NCBI GenBank assembly: GCA_022615965.1
Contig: JAKEGG010000007.1
Coordinates: 28,067-92,066 of the forward strand
Length of the DNA stretch: 64,000 nucleotides
Direction: 5' to 3'
Origin: Fusobacteriota bacterium
Lineage (GTDB): Bacteria > Bacillota > TC1
The position numbers and the translations under genes are program-made. Positions 36,086 through 46,726 of the stretch are shown piece by piece (the first letter of the stretch is position 1; every line of letters begins with the position of its first letter). Below the pieces are notes generated by a model, which was given only the letters and a program-made list of their open reading frames with translations, had not been told where the DNA came from and did not search any database.

Positions 36086-36179
36086 TTCTTTCCTCCTCCT
36101 CTCTTATAGCTATATAATATTTAATAAAGCTGAATTTTTAAATAAAGCTGATTATCTTTATTGTTCCGTCCACTATATA

Positions 36180-36207
36180 ATTATATACTATTTCTTGACT
36201 ATTTCAA
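36180..36207 (-). promoter_or_regulatory. Sigma-A promoter upstream of rpmF
   Basis: TTGAAA, a 16 nt spacer, then TATAAT on the minus strand, about 95 nt upstream of the rpmF ATG. Confidence 0.6.
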
Positions 36208-36214
36208 GTATTTT

Positions 36215-37408
36215 TTAGCTAATAATTCTTTTTACTTCCCTGGCAATTACCAGCTCCTCATTTGTTGGAATCACCAAAACCTTTACTTTATTATTTAAAG
36301 GGGATATTATTCTTTCCTCACCTTTAAAATCATTTTTCTCAAGGTCTATTATTATCCCTAAATCTTCCAAATCTTTACAAATCGCATGTCTTAATCTTGA
36401 TGAATTTTCACCTATACCACCTGTAAATACTAAAGCATCGATCCCATTTAAAACTGCATTGTAAGCTCCAATATAGAATTTAACTTTATATATAAACATT
36501 TTTAATGCCATCTGACATCTTTCATTTCCAGCATCTGCAGCTTTTTCTATATCTCTGAAGTCACTAGAAATACCTGTAACTCCGAGTATACCACTTTTTT
36601 TATTGAGGATATCTGTCATCTCATCTACGTTATAGTTTTCTCTTTTCATTATATATGGAATAATTGCTGGATCTATATCACCACACCTGGTACCCATGAT
36701 CAAACCTTGTAGCGGAGTAAAACCCATAGTTGTATCTATGGTTTCTCCATTTTTAACTGCAGCAACACTAGCACCATTGCCAAGATGGCAAGTAATCAAC
36801 TTTAATTGTTTCCAATCAGTATTGAATATTTCCCCCACCCTTCTGGAAACATAACTATAAGAAAGTCCATGAAAACCATATTTTCTGATATTATATTTTT
36901 CCAACCATTCATATGGCAAGCCATAAGTTGAAATATGCTCAGGTATGTCCTTATGAAATACTGTATCAAATGATGCTACATTTGGAACACCAGGCAATAC
37001 ATCCTCTATTGCTAAAATCCCCTTATACTGAGGTGGATTATGCAAGGGTGCTATTTCACAGGTTTTTTTGATTTTTTCTTTAACATCATCATCAATCAAA
37101 ACAGAATCGGTAAAATATTTAGCTCCTTGAGCAACTCTATGACCAACTCCAACTATTTCATCGATATTTTCTATAACACCATTTTCTGTATCAGTAATAT
37201 AGTCTAGTATAACTTGGATGCCGTCCTGATGATTAGTTATCACTTTATTCAACTTAAACTTTATACCTTTATAATTTTCATAGCCTACTGTGCTATCTTT
37301 GAATCCAATTTTATCGACAACACCTTTGGCAATCAGCTTCTCATTATTCATATCCAAAAGCTGATATTTAATTGATGAGCTACCTGAATTAAGCACTAAT
37401 ATTTTCAT
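36215..37408 (-). CDS. ackA: Acetate kinase
   Basis: 397 aa. MKILVLNSGSSSIKYQL, and the GFHGLS and GGIGEN motifs. Confidence 0.96.
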   Translation of the reverse strand: MKILVLNSGSSSIKYQLLDMNNEKLIAKGVVDKIGFKDSTVGYENYKGIKFKLNKVITNHQDGIQVILDYITDTENGVIENIDEIVGVGHRVAQGAKYFTDSVLIDDDVKEKIKKTCEIAPLHNPPQYKGILAIEDVLPGVPNVASFDTVFHKDIPEHISTYGLPYEWLEKYNIRKYGFHGLSYSYVSRRVGEIFNTDWKQLKLITCHLGNGASVAAVKNGETIDTTMGFTPLQGLIMGTRCGDIDPAIIPYIMKRENYNVDEMTDILNKKSGILGVTGISSDFRDIEKAADAGNERCQMALKMFIYKVKFYIGAYNAVLNGIDALVFTGGIGENSSRLRHAICKDLEDLGIIIDLEKNDFKGEERIISPLNNKVKVLVIPTNEELVIAREVKRIIS

Positions 37409-37423
37409 GATTAAACCTGCTAT

Positions 37424-37885
37424 CTATTGATTCTTTTTAGTTTTAACTGCTGTCAGCTGTCTCTTTGCTTCTTTGATGTTTACTGAACACTTATTTATAT
37501 AATTATCAAGTGTATTCAGTATTTCTTCTGAATAATTTTCACTTTGAGTAGCCAATTGACCAGCTTTTTTCAATGCATCTTCTTCAATTTCAGCTGCTCT
37601 TTGTTCTGCTTTTCTTTTAACAGCCATATCACTGATCATATTCTCTATATTAGCTTCTACTCCTTTGATAATCATGTCAGCTTCTCTTTTGGCGCTTTCT
37701 ATCATCTGTTCTCTTTCTCTAACGATTTGGCGAGCCTTTTTTACTTCTTCATGAAATGAATCTCTTATTTCATTGATTAATTCCAGCACCTCATCTCCTT
37801 TTACCATAATGGAGTTTGTTAATGGAACCTTGTGGGATGATTCCAACATTTCTTCCAAGGAATCGATAAGCTTTAAAGTATTCAT
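37424..37885 (-). CDS. Conserved coiled-coil protein (family often annotated ATPase / V-ATPase subunit H-like), function unknown
   Basis: 153 aa, charged heptad-rich. It sits in the rsmD neighbourhood, as in many Firmicutes. Confidence 0.5.
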   Translation of the reverse strand: MNTLKLIDSLEEMLESSHKVPLTNSIMVKGDEVLELINEIRDSFHEEVKKARQIVREREQMIESAKREADMIIKGVEANIENMISDMAVKRKAEQRAAEIEEDALKKAGQLATQSENYSEEILNTLDNYINKCSVNIKEAKRQLTAVKTKKNQ

Positions 37886-38451
37886 ATTCTTCCCTCCTGT
37901 TTTTCTTTATAAAACCAAATTTTTGTATTTCCATAAGTTATATTTCTATAACATAAAAAGTAATCATTAACCAGAGGTATTTCTTGATTTTCCTTGCTTT
38001 CGACTATAATTATTCCTTCATTAGCCAGAACCTTATAGTTGCCAATTAAATTCAAACACTCCTCATATGCCTCTAGTTCATATGGAGGATCTATATAGAT
38101 CAGATCAAACTTATCAATTGATCTTTTTAAATAATCTTTATAATCAGAATTTATTGCTATCACCTTGTCATTTGTTTTAGTTTTATCAATATTGGCTTTA
38201 ACGACTGCAAAAGCCTTCTTATCCTTTTCAACAAGTACAGCTCTAGCGGCTCCTCTGGAAATAGATTCAAGTGCTATTCCTCCAGAACCAGCAAATAAAT
38301 CCAAGAAGTTTGAATTCACTACTTTTTCTCTGATGATATTAAATACATTTTCTTTTATTCTGTTTAATGTCGGTCTTGTTGAAAGACCTTCCTTTGTTTT
38401 AAGAATAAAACCTTTATTGCTTCCAGCAATTATTTTAATAATTATAAACAC
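37882..38451 (-). CDS. rsmD: 16S rRNA (guanine966-N2)-methyltransferase
   Basis: 189 aa. LDLFAGSGGIALE and IYIDPPY motifs. Confidence 0.9.
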   Translation of the reverse strand: MFIIIKIIAGSNKGFILKTKEGLSTRPTLNRIKENVFNIIREKVVNSNFLDLFAGSGGIALESISRGAARAVLVEKDKKAFAVVKANIDKTKTNDKVIAINSDYKDYLKRSIDKFDLIYIDPPYELEAYEECLNLIGNYKVLANEGIIIVESKENQEIPLVNDYFLCYRNITYGNTKIWFYKEKQEGRI

Positions 38452-38469
38452 TCCTATTATAACATAGTA

Positions 38470-39081
38470 TTAGTTTTTTAACAAGTGAGAGGTATCATTC
38501 AGACACTTCAATACAAATCTGCCATCCTCATAGTTTAAAACATTGACACAGGTATTACCAAAAGTAAGTCTCCAGTAATAGGATAAAGGTAAGTCCATTG
38601 CACCTAAAATAGCTAATCTGATTATGCCTGCATGACTTACTATTAGATTTGGAAATGTATGTGGATTACTTAAAGCAATTTCTTTCAGCTTTTCTTTTAA
38701 TCGCTTTTTCTCAAATTCCATATCATCTCCATTTGGAATTTGATGATTACCTGGATTAATGAACCATTCCTTAGCCCAGTTATATTTATTTTCAATTTCT
38801 GTAGTTGTCAGCCCTTCCCAATCACCAAAACTGATTTCTTTAAAATCATCTGTTAATATAACATCTTTATTGACCATCTCCCCTATATATCCGGCTGTTA
38901 TTTTCGCTCTATCAAGAGGACTGGCATAAATGTTACTGATTTTTTTATTTTTAAATCTTTCTGCCAATTGTTTACCTTGCTGCATACCCTTTTCTGTTAG
39001 CTCTGTATTGGTTATTCCTTGGAATCGTTCTTCAAGATTCCATTTGGTTTCACCATGTCTTATTAAATAAATAGTGCTCAT
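38470..39081 (-). CDS. Histidine phosphatase family protein (phosphoglycerate-mutase-like)
   Basis: 203 aa. The LIRHGETKWN catalytic motif and a distal H in SHAG. Confidence 0.8.
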   Translation of the reverse strand: MSTIYLIRHGETKWNLEERFQGITNTELTEKGMQQGKQLAERFKNKKISNIYASPLDRAKITAGYIGEMVNKDVILTDDFKEISFGDWEGLTTTEIENKYNWAKEWFINPGNHQIPNGDDMEFEKKRLKEKLKEIALSNPHTFPNLIVSHAGIIRLAILGAMDLPLSYYWRLTFGNTCVNVLNYEDGRFVLKCLNDTSHLLKN

Positions 39082-39123
39082 AAATCCTCCAATTTTATCA
39101 CTATCTTAATTATACCTAAATAT

Positions 39124-39166
39124 ATAAAAAAAGCTACTAAAGTGCCTTTATTAGTAGCTTTTTTCT
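39124..39166 (-). terminator. Intrinsic terminator after ribU
   Basis: AAGCTACTAA/TTAGTAGCTT 10-bp stem followed by a U-tract on the minus strand. Confidence 0.75.
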
Positions 39167-39173
39167 TTATAAC

Positions 39174-39722
39174 TTATTTGTTGATTCTTTTATCTATTTG
39201 TTTTTTTATCAGCATATATATGCCAATTGAAATAACAGAAGATAAAATCCCTTTGATAATATTGAATGGTATTATAGCAGTTATTAGCATTGTAGCAACC
39301 TGATCGGATTGTATACCGTAAAGTGGTAGAAAAACAAAATAATTTAATAATGTCATTGTTACGGTTAATAATAACGAACCAACAAGTACTGCTAGTACTT
39401 TGGAAAGAATTTTTTCTCCTTTTCTGATAAAGAAAACTGTTCCTAAAACTAGCGATAATCCTGATACCAAGCTAGCCAGTGCACCTATCCAACCTCCATC
39501 CTTTGGTCCTAACACAAAATATAATACAGCTTTGACTATTACTATAAATATTCCTGGAATTGGACCTAAGACAAATGCACCTATCATAGCTACAACTTCA
39601 CTTAAATCATAGGTTAAGAATGTTGCTGAAGGTATCAGTGGCACTTTTAAATACATCAATATAAAACTAATTGCTGCTAATATTGCTACTGTTACCATTA
39701 TTTTCAGTTCTTTACTTTTCAT
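39174..39722 (-). CDS. ribU: ECF-transporter S component, riboflavin-specific (assigned from the FMN riboswitch)
   Basis: 182 aa with six TM helices of ECF S-component type. It lies directly behind an FMN riboswitch. Confidence 0.8.
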   Translation of the reverse strand: MKSKELKIMVTVAILAAISFILMYLKVPLIPSATFLTYDLSEVVAMIGAFVLGPIPGIFIVIVKAVLYFVLGPKDGGWIGALASLVSGLSLVLGTVFFIRKGEKILSKVLAVLVGSLLLTVTMTLLNYFVFLPLYGIQSDQVATMLITAIIPFNIIKGILSSVISIGIYMLIKKQIDKRINK

Positions 39723-39743
39723 GTTTTATCCTTTCTTATCCAT

Positions 39744-39905
39744 AAAAAAACCCTCAGGAACGTTTCCTAAGGGTTTTGAATGCTAAAAACATATCTTCTC
39801 TCATCCAGACTTTACTGTCGGCTCTAGAATTTCACTAGATCAGCATTTGCTCGCGGGCTTTACCGCCGGTAAGGAATTACACCTAACCCTGAAGAAACTA
39901 TTATT
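39744..39905 (-). promoter_or_regulatory. FMN riboswitch (RFN element) with intrinsic terminator
   Basis: Minus strand reads CTTCAGGGTTAGGTGTAATTCCTTACCGGCGGTAAAGCCCGCGAGC...AGCCGACAGTAAAGTCTGGATGAGAGAAGA, which matches the RFN core. It is followed by the terminator AAAACCCTTAGGAAACGTTCCTGAGGGTTTTTTT. Confidence 0.92.
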
Positions 39906-39948
39906 CATTTTCTTTTTTCATTTTATCATCATTATAATAATAAAACAA

Positions 39949-40599
39949 TTATTTTATTGCCTTTTCCAAATCAATATAGGCTTTGGAAATATCTTCAGCT
40001 CCAAAAACAGCTGAACCTGCTACTAAGATATCAGCACCTGCATCTTTGATTAATTTAGCATTATCCAAACATACACCACCATCAACCTGGATCAGAACAT
40101 CAACATTTTTATTGATAATCATCATTTTAAGATCCATAATTTTATTTATCATACTATGAATGAATTTTTGTCCACCAAAACCAGGATTAACAGTCATGAT
40201 CAAAACTAAATGCACCTTATCCAATACCCATTCAATCGATGATAAAGGAGTGCTTGGGTTTAATACTACTCCAGTCATCATTCCTTGTTCTTTTATCTGA
40301 GATAGAACTCTATCAAGATGTACACAGGTCTCAACTTGAACGCTAATAAGGTCTACACCAGCCTTTTTAAAATCATTGATATATTTTTCAGGATGTTCAA
40401 TCATCAGATGACAATCAAAAAAAAGCTTGGAATGTGGCCTGATTTTCTTTATCAAATCAGGTCCAAAAGTTATATTAGGCACAAAATGTCCATCCATAAT
40501 ATCAAGATGTAGCCATTTAGCTCCACTATTTTCTATTAGGGCAATTTCATCTCTTAAATTAGAGAAATCAGCTGACAACAAAGATGGGGCTATCATCAT
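39949..40599 (-). CDS. rpe: Ribulose-phosphate 3-epimerase
   Basis: 216 aa. IAPSLLSADF, HLDIMDGHFVPN and VDGG motifs. Confidence 0.95.
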   Translation of the reverse strand: MMIAPSLLSADFSNLRDEIALIENSGAKWLHLDIMDGHFVPNITFGPDLIKKIRPHSKLFFDCHLMIEHPEKYINDFKKAGVDLISVQVETCVHLDRVLSQIKEQGMMTGVVLNPSTPLSSIEWVLDKVHLVLIMTVNPGFGGQKFIHSMINKIMDLKMMIINKNVDVLIQVDGGVCLDNAKLIKDAGADILVAGSAVFGAEDISKAYIDLEKAIK

Positions 40600-41477
40600 T
40601 TATACCTTCTTTCTTCTATTTCTTTTAATTCATTTAAAAAATATATATATCTGTCATATCTATCTTGAGATAGCAAACCTTCACTAACTAAGCTTTTTAC
40701 TGCACAATTCTTTTCGTGATAATGTAAGCAACCATTAAATTTACAGTCTTGACTGACTATTTTATATTCATGATATAGTTCTGGTAATTCTCTCATCTTC
40801 ATATCTTTAGGAAAATCCACACGGCTAAAGCCAGGTGTATCTGCAATAAGACCTTCGGCAACATTATATAGTTGGCTTATACGTGTTGTGTGTTTACCTC
40901 TATGGATTTTTAACCCCAGGCTCCCGGTAAGATTCATTATTTTCCCACAAATTACATTTAAGAGACTTGATTTACCAACACCTGATGGTCCAGCAAATAC
41001 ACTTAGTTTCCCCTTGATAAAAGACTTAAGCTCTTCAATGCCTTCACCTGTTTTGGTAGAAGTGAAAAGGAGGTCATAATCCTTATATATTATTTTGATT
41101 TCAATTAATTCAGCTTCTACACCTTGATCATACTTGTTGAATATAATAACTGGCTTTACACCCTGTCTTCTGCTTAATATCAATATCCTATCTAAAACAT
41201 TATAATCTATCTTTGGATATCCAAGGCTCATAACAATAAATAGTTGATCGACATTGGCTATTTTGGGCCTATCAATAAGATTGTTCCTTTTAAGAATTTT
41301 TTCAATTATGCCATAATTATTATCAAAAATGGTAAATTCCGCATTATCTCCCACATAAAGATTATCATTGGCAACTTTTAATTTACCTCTTAATTTACAT
41401 TCATAAATATGGTCTTCTCTATATATATAGAAAAAGCCACTATCTATTTTAATTATTCGACCTTGTAATTTAAACAC
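40596..41477 (-). CDS. rsgA: Ribosome small-subunit-dependent GTPase A
   Basis: 293 aa. OB fold, circularly permuted GTPase (NKYD, GPSGVGKSSL), and a zinc knuckle CKFNGCLHYHEKNC. Confidence 0.93.
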   Translation of the reverse strand: MFKLQGRIIKIDSGFFYIYREDHIYECKLRGKLKVANDNLYVGDNAEFTIFDNNYGIIEKILKRNNLIDRPKIANVDQLFIVMSLGYPKIDYNVLDRILILSRRQGVKPVIIFNKYDQGVEAELIEIKIIYKDYDLLFTSTKTGEGIEELKSFIKGKLSVFAGPSGVGKSSLLNVICGKIMNLTGSLGLKIHRGKHTTRISQLYNVAEGLIADTPGFSRVDFPKDMKMRELPELYHEYKIVSQDCKFNGCLHYHEKNCAVKSLVSEGLLSQDRYDRYIYFLNELKEIEERRYK

Positions 41478-41480
41478 CCC

Positions 41481-43325
41481 TTAATTTAAATTTATAGTAT
41501 TAATAACTGTTCCGTTACTATCTTTAACTACAGCTGTACCGGTACCATAATATGTCAAAGAAACAGATACTGAGGTTGAACCTACTGGTATAGAAGCATT
41601 TTGGACCCTGCTACCTTTACTGTCAGTGATATTTATAGTGTAAGTTGCTTCCTTTGTCGTATCAGTCCTGCTTATATCTAAAGTAACAACTTTAGAAGTA
41701 TACTCCTTAGCAATTACTATATCTATTGCAGTGCCTTGCATTACACTGCTACCAGCCTTAACTGATTGACTTATAACCTGTCCTGGAGGATAATCGCTTG
41801 TTTCTTTATTTGTTATACTTCCTAAAATCAGTTTATTAGAGTTTAAGGTCTCTTCTGCTGAGCTTTGTGTTTTCCCTATAAGGTTAGGCATATTTATATT
41901 TGTTAATTCTTTACCTTTGCTGACAGTAATAGTCACAGTATTTCCAGGTAATAATTTAGTTCCTGCTGCTGGGTTTTGATTTAAAACTTTTCCAACTGCC
42001 TTGTCATTGTCAAATTCTTGCTTTACCTCTACAACAAAACCCTGGGTAGTCAGCTTATTTTTTGCCTCTTTTTCACTTAAATCAACTACATTTACAATTG
42101 CTACCTCTTCAAGTCCTTTACTAACCTGTATTGTAACAGTTTTGTTGATAGAATATAGAGTGCTCCCTGCTGGATTTTGTTTTGCCACTTTGCCCACCTC
42201 TACATCTTTAGATGCAATATTTTCTACTTTATACTTGAATCCAGCTTCTTTCAGTTTGGTAATTGCTTCTTCCTGAGTTAAGCCTACCACAGTTGGTACA
42301 ATTTTTTTAGGTACATTCAATAGGGATAATAAACCTACTACTACTGCTAGTACAACAAAAACAGCAACAGTAATAAGTGCTATTTTTTTATAGTCCTTGG
42401 TTTTTTCTTTATCTCTATTCCCATTTTTCAGATCTTCAATGCTTTTAGAATTATCTGGTTCATCAACTGGTATTCTTTTTACCTTGTTGACATGGCCTTC
42501 TTCAATAAGTATCCTGGCTTTTTCAATGAAGATGTTCATTTCCAATGCTGATTTAAATCTTTTTTGAGGATCTCTCATTGTAGCTTTTAAAACAATATTT
42601 TCGATTTCCTGAGGGATATCGTTAATAATATCTTTTGGTGGAATCAAACCACCTTGAATATGATTTACTGCAACAGAAACAGGATTCTGTCCATCATAAG
42701 GCAGTTTGCCAGTAAGCATCTCATAAAATACAATACCACATGAATACACATCTGATAATTCAGTTATTTCTGAGCCTGATGCCTGCTCTGGGGAAAGATA
42801 ATGCACAGAGCCTACAATGTCGTTGGTGATTGTCATAGTATTTGCCTGATCAGTTATTCTGGCAATACCAAAATCCATGACCTTGACTTCACCTGACTTA
42901 TTGATCATAATATTATGTGGTTTTATATCTCTATGTATAATACCTTTTTTATGTGAGTGTATCAGGGCAGCAAGCACGCCTTCCATAACATATACAGCAA
43001 AAGTTGAAGTTAATGGGGCCTTTTCCCTGATGATTTCCTTTAAGGTTTTACCTTCGACATATTCCATGACAATAAAAGGATGACCCTCTGCCATTCCTAC
43101 ATCATATACTTCAACTATATTTGGATGTGATAAATGAGATATTACCTCTGCTTCATTCTGAAAATATCTTATACTTTCCCTATTATTGATTAGTTCTTTT
43201 TTAAGAATCTTAATGGCTATATATTTTTCCAACATAATATCTTCTGCTAAATATACATCAGCCATACCACCAGTTCCTAATATTTTGATTAGCTTATATC
43301 TATCCGCGAATACTTTTCCTAACAT
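41481..43325 (-). CDS. prkC: Ser/Thr protein kinase with PASTA repeats (PrkC)
   Basis: Hanks kinase (HRDIKPHN, DFG), a TM helix, three PASTA repeats and a C-terminal beta domain. The start is taken at MLGKVFADRYKL (the track start 43391 would overlap prpC). Confidence 0.92.
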   Translation of the reverse strand: MLGKVFADRYKLIKILGTGGMADVYLAEDIMLEKYIAIKILKKELINNRESIRYFQNEAEVISHLSHPNIVEVYDVGMAEGHPFIVMEYVEGKTLKEIIREKAPLTSTFAVYVMEGVLAALIHSHKKGIIHRDIKPHNIMINKSGEVKVMDFGIARITDQANTMTITNDIVGSVHYLSPEQASGSEITELSDVYSCGIVFYEMLTGKLPYDGQNPVSVAVNHIQGGLIPPKDIINDIPQEIENIVLKATMRDPQKRFKSALEMNIFIEKARILIEEGHVNKVKRIPVDEPDNSKSIEDLKNGNRDKEKTKDYKKIALITVAVFVVLAVVVGLLSLLNVPKKIVPTVVGLTQEEAITKLKEAGFKYKVENIASKDVEVGKVAKQNPAGSTLYSINKTVTIQVSKGLEEVAIVNVVDLSEKEAKNKLTTQGFVVEVKQEFDNDKAVGKVLNQNPAAGTKLLPGNTVTITVSKGKELTNINMPNLIGKTQSSAEETLNSNKLILGSITNKETSDYPPGQVISQSVKAGSSVMQGTAIDIVIAKEYTSKVVTLDISRTDTTKEATYTINITDSKGSRVQNASIPVGSTSVSVSLTYYGTGTAVVKDSNGTVINTINLN

Positions 43326-43335
43326 TTCCAGCCCC

Positions 43336-44040
43336 CTACAAATGATCAATGATAATATATGAATAATTATCAGTTGAACCTCTTGATTCAATTAATGAGT
43401 TAATAGCTTTAATAGCATTTTTACCTTTTTTTTGAAGAATAATATTTAATAGTTCCTCATTTTTCAATAAATTATGTACTCCATCTGAACACATAAAAAC
43501 TATATCTCCATGTAAAATTTGGAACTCAAGCACCTGTGGATTTATTGTTTTTTCACTACCCAAGGCCTTTAATAAAATGTTTTTTTTTGGATGAATCAGA
43601 TATTCTTCATATGTAATCAAACCTTCTTGATACAGCTTTTCAACATAGGTATGATCTTCTGTTAGCTTGATTATTTCTTGGTTTCTGATTAAATAAATTC
43701 TACTATCACCTACATGTCCTATATATCCTCTATGTTCTTTTATAATAAATACCGAGAGAGTAGTTCCCATACTTAACCTTTGATCTTTGTAACAGCTTTT
43801 TTCTGAGATTATTTTATTCGTTTCCTCAAAAGCTTTTTCCATCTCACCATCAGAAACAATATTTTTCTCTTCTAGTTCTATTCTAACTTTTTCAATAGCC
43901 AAACTACTGGCAATTTCACCTGCCTCGTGGCCACCCATACCGTCAGCTATAGCAAAAAAACCATTATCAATGTTATAGTATAAGGCATCTTCATTATTAC
44001 CTCTAACGCTGCCTTGTTCACATACTGCAACTGCTCTCAT
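43336..44040 (-). CDS. prpC: PP2C-family Ser/Thr phosphatase
   Basis: 234 aa. RGNNEDA, ADGMGGH and CSDG motifs. Confidence 0.92.
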   Translation of the reverse strand: MRAVAVCEQGSVRGNNEDALYYNIDNGFFAIADGMGGHEAGEIASSLAIEKVRIELEEKNIVSDGEMEKAFEETNKIISEKSCYKDQRLSMGTTLSVFIIKEHRGYIGHVGDSRIYLIRNQEIIKLTEDHTYVEKLYQEGLITYEEYLIHPKKNILLKALGSEKTINPQVLEFQILHGDIVFMCSDGVHNLLKNEELLNIILQKKGKNAIKAINSLIESRGSTDNYSYIIIDHL

Positions 44041-45088
44041 TACTACCTCTTTTCTTATTTCTTAATTGTCCACAAGCACCATCGATTTCCACACCCTTTT
44101 CTTCTCTGATCGAAAAGCTTAAGCCTGATTCCTGGCACCAGTTTTTAAAGTTATATATTTTATTTCTAGATGGCCTGATAAAGTCAGTTCCCGGTACAGT
44201 ATTTATTGGAATACCGTTTATATGACAGTCTATACCTTTCAAGAGCTCTGACAACTCAAGAGCATCTCTTTTGCTAATATTAAGCTTATCTATCATTATA
44301 TATTCAAAAGTTATTCTTTTTCTAGTTTTAATTTGATAATACTTAACTATCTCTATCAATTTTTCCAAATTTTTAGCTTTGTTAATAGGAACTAAAAAAT
44401 CTCTCAAATCATTTCTGGAACCATGTAAAGAAATTGCCAGAACATATTTTAAATCGTTATCAGCTAAAAATTTTATTCCCTCAATTATACCACTGGTAGA
44501 AATTGTAATTCTTCTGCTACTGATATTATAGTCCTTATTAAATATTTCAGCTGCTTTAAGTACATTATTTCTATTAAGCAATGGTTCTCCCATACCCATA
44601 AAGACAACATTATTTACCTTGGCATCAAAATTTTTTAAATATTCATTAGCTATTTGTATCTGTTCAACTATCTCTTCACATTCTAAATTTCTTATAAATC
44701 CTGCTTTACCAGTAGCACAAAAGGGACAGCCTACAGAACAGCCTACCTGGCTAGAAATACAGAGTGTATTTCTGTTTTTGGAATGATCTTTATCAGTATA
44801 TCGCATGATAACCATTTCTATTGTATTTCCATCTTGAAGTTCTAACAGGATTTTGATAGTTGAATTATCGGAATTACTTATTTTATCCAACACTTTCAAC
44901 TTAGAAAAAAAATAGTTTTCACTTAAATATTTCTTGAAATCTTTAGGTAAATTTGACATTTCCTCAAGATTTTTGATATTTTTATTTATCAGCCAATCGT
45001 ATAGCTGTTCTCCTCTGTATTTTGGATAACCATCATCTTTTATCTTAGTTATTAATTCATATTTGTTTAAAGTATAAATATTTATCAT
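44018..45088 (-). CDS. rlmN: 23S rRNA/tRNA (adenine-C2)-methyltransferase RlmN (radical SAM)
   Basis: 356 aa. CSVGCPFCATG cluster motif and MGMGEPL. Confidence 0.93.
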   Translation of the reverse strand: MINIYTLNKYELITKIKDDGYPKYRGEQLYDWLINKNIKNLEEMSNLPKDFKKYLSENYFFSKLKVLDKISNSDNSTIKILLELQDGNTIEMVIMRYTDKDHSKNRNTLCISSQVGCSVGCPFCATGKAGFIRNLECEEIVEQIQIANEYLKNFDAKVNNVVFMGMGEPLLNRNNVLKAAEIFNKDYNISSRRITISTSGIIEGIKFLADNDLKYVLAISLHGSRNDLRDFLVPINKAKNLEKLIEIVKYYQIKTRKRITFEYIMIDKLNISKRDALELSELLKGIDCHINGIPINTVPGTDFIRPSRNKIYNFKNWCQESGLSFSIREEKGVEIDGACGQLRNKKRGSNESSCSM

Positions 45089-45780
45089 TAATTTCTTGAT
45101 CTCAAAACTAACAATCTGAATAATGTAATCAAGGCTGATGCTAAGGCTGCAATATATGTTAATGCAGCAGCAGATAATACTGCTTTTGCTCCTTTTATTT
45201 CACCTTCATTCAGATAATTGCCTTCCTTAAGCATTTTTATGCCTCTGCTTGAAGCATTTATTTCAAGTGGTAAAGTTAACAGGTAAAAGCCACTAACAAG
45301 TGCAAATAAGATAATACCAATATCCATGAAAATAGGTAATCTAAAAAGCAATCCAATAAAAAATAGAGGTATCGCTGCATTAGATGCTATATTAGCTACT
45401 GGAAATACTGAATTTCTAATTTTAAGTATTACCATCTTTTCCGCATCCTGTCGGGCATGACCCATTTCATGAGCAACAATAGCAAGAGAGGCAATCGAAC
45501 TATTATCTGCAACTCCTTCGCTTAGTCCTAGTGACTTATCTTTATGATTATAGTGGTCACTTAATGATCCTGGTACTTTATTGATATTAAGATAATCCAT
45601 AGCAAAATGTCCTTTTAACTGATAAGCTGCATTTAAACCAGTTAAACCGATAGAATTAGCAATTTTTGAATACTTATTATATGCTGTATTTACTCTAATT
45701 TGGGCAAATATTGAAAATATAATACCTGCAAAAAACAATATATCTATCCATATATTGCCACTAAAAAAACTAAAAAACAT
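45088..45780 (-). CDS. YugP-like membrane zinc metallopeptidase
   Basis: HEMGHA motif with flanking TM helices. The start is taken at MFFSFFSG (AAGGAG 7 nt upstream) rather than the track start 45813. Confidence 0.75.
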   Translation of the reverse strand: MFFSFFSGNIWIDILFFAGIIFSIFAQIRVNTAYNKYSKIANSIGLTGLNAAYQLKGHFAMDYLNINKVPGSLSDHYNHKDKSLGLSEGVADNSSIASLAIVAHEMGHARQDAEKMVILKIRNSVFPVANIASNAAIPLFFIGLLFRLPIFMDIGIILFALVSGFYLLTLPLEINASSRGIKMLKEGNYLNEGEIKGAKAVLSAAALTYIAALASALITLFRLLVLRSRN

Positions 45781-46726
45781 TATGTATCTCCTTATGTAAA
45801 ATTTTTTCTCCAACTTTTATATGAGTACCATTGATAAAATCAAGATGACTCATTTCTTTTTTACCTTCTGGCTTTACTCCTAAAATCCAAATACCATTTT
45901 CAAGGCATTTCACTAAAATACCTTTTTTCTTATCTATTTTAAGAACTTCTCCAATTTTACCAGTTAAATTCAACTCTCTTTCAACTTTAACCTTAGTAAT
46001 GCCTAAATAATGATTATTATAAATAGCTGTAGGTGTCAAGATAGGATATAGACCTCTGACTTTATTGGCCACAACATCTGCCTTAAAATTAAAATCAAGA
46101 TACTTTTCATCCTTTTTTATTTTTTTAGCATATGTATAATGCTCTGATTGTTTAGTTTTGATGACCTTGTTATTTTGTATTTTTTCTAAAGCTAAAAGAA
46201 GCAGTTTGCTACCTATGGCTGAAAGCTTACTACTTAAATCTCCATAATTCCATTCATCATCAATTTCTAACTTAACCTGCTCAAGCATATCTCCAGCATC
46301 TAGCTTTTCAGTGATTTCTATTACGGTAGCTCCAGTGATAGTATCACCATTCATAAGTGTTCTCTGGATTGGTGCTGCACCTCTATATAAAGGTAGTAGT
46401 GATGGATGTAGGTTAATACTCTTATATTTTGTTATATTTAAAAGCTCATTTTTTAGGAGACTCCCATATGAAACAACAATAAAAATATCAGCATTGGTAG
46501 CTCTGAGTTTTGCAATAGAATCTATATTATTGACATCAACTGGTTGAAAAACTTCAAGACCAAGCTCAAGAGCTTTTGACTTAACTGGTGATGGCTTATA
46601 GTTATGTCCCCTTCCTTGTTTAGAATCAGGCTGAGTTACTACCATTAAAATATTATGATTACTCAAATGTAATTTAACAAGACTTTCAACTGCAAATTGA
46701 CCAGTACCAAAAAAAATTATATACAT
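45770..46726 (-). CDS. fmt: Methionyl-tRNA formyltransferase
   Basis: 318 aa. IIFFGTGQFAV, and HPSLLPLYRGAAPIQ. Confidence 0.95.
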   Translation of the reverse strand: MYIIFFGTGQFAVESLVKLHLSNHNILMVVTQPDSKQGRGHNYKPSPVKSKALELGLEVFQPVDVNNIDSIAKLRATNADIFIVVSYGSLLKNELLNITKYKSINLHPSLLPLYRGAAPIQRTLMNGDTITGATVIEITEKLDAGDMLEQVKLEIDDEWNYGDLSSKLSAIGSKLLLLALEKIQNNKVIKTKQSEHYTYAKKIKKDEKYLDFNFKADVVANKVRGLYPILTPTAIYNNHYLGITKVKVERELNLTGKIGEVLKIDKKKGILVKCLENGIWILGVKPEGKKEMSHLDFINGTHIKVGEKILHKEIHNVF

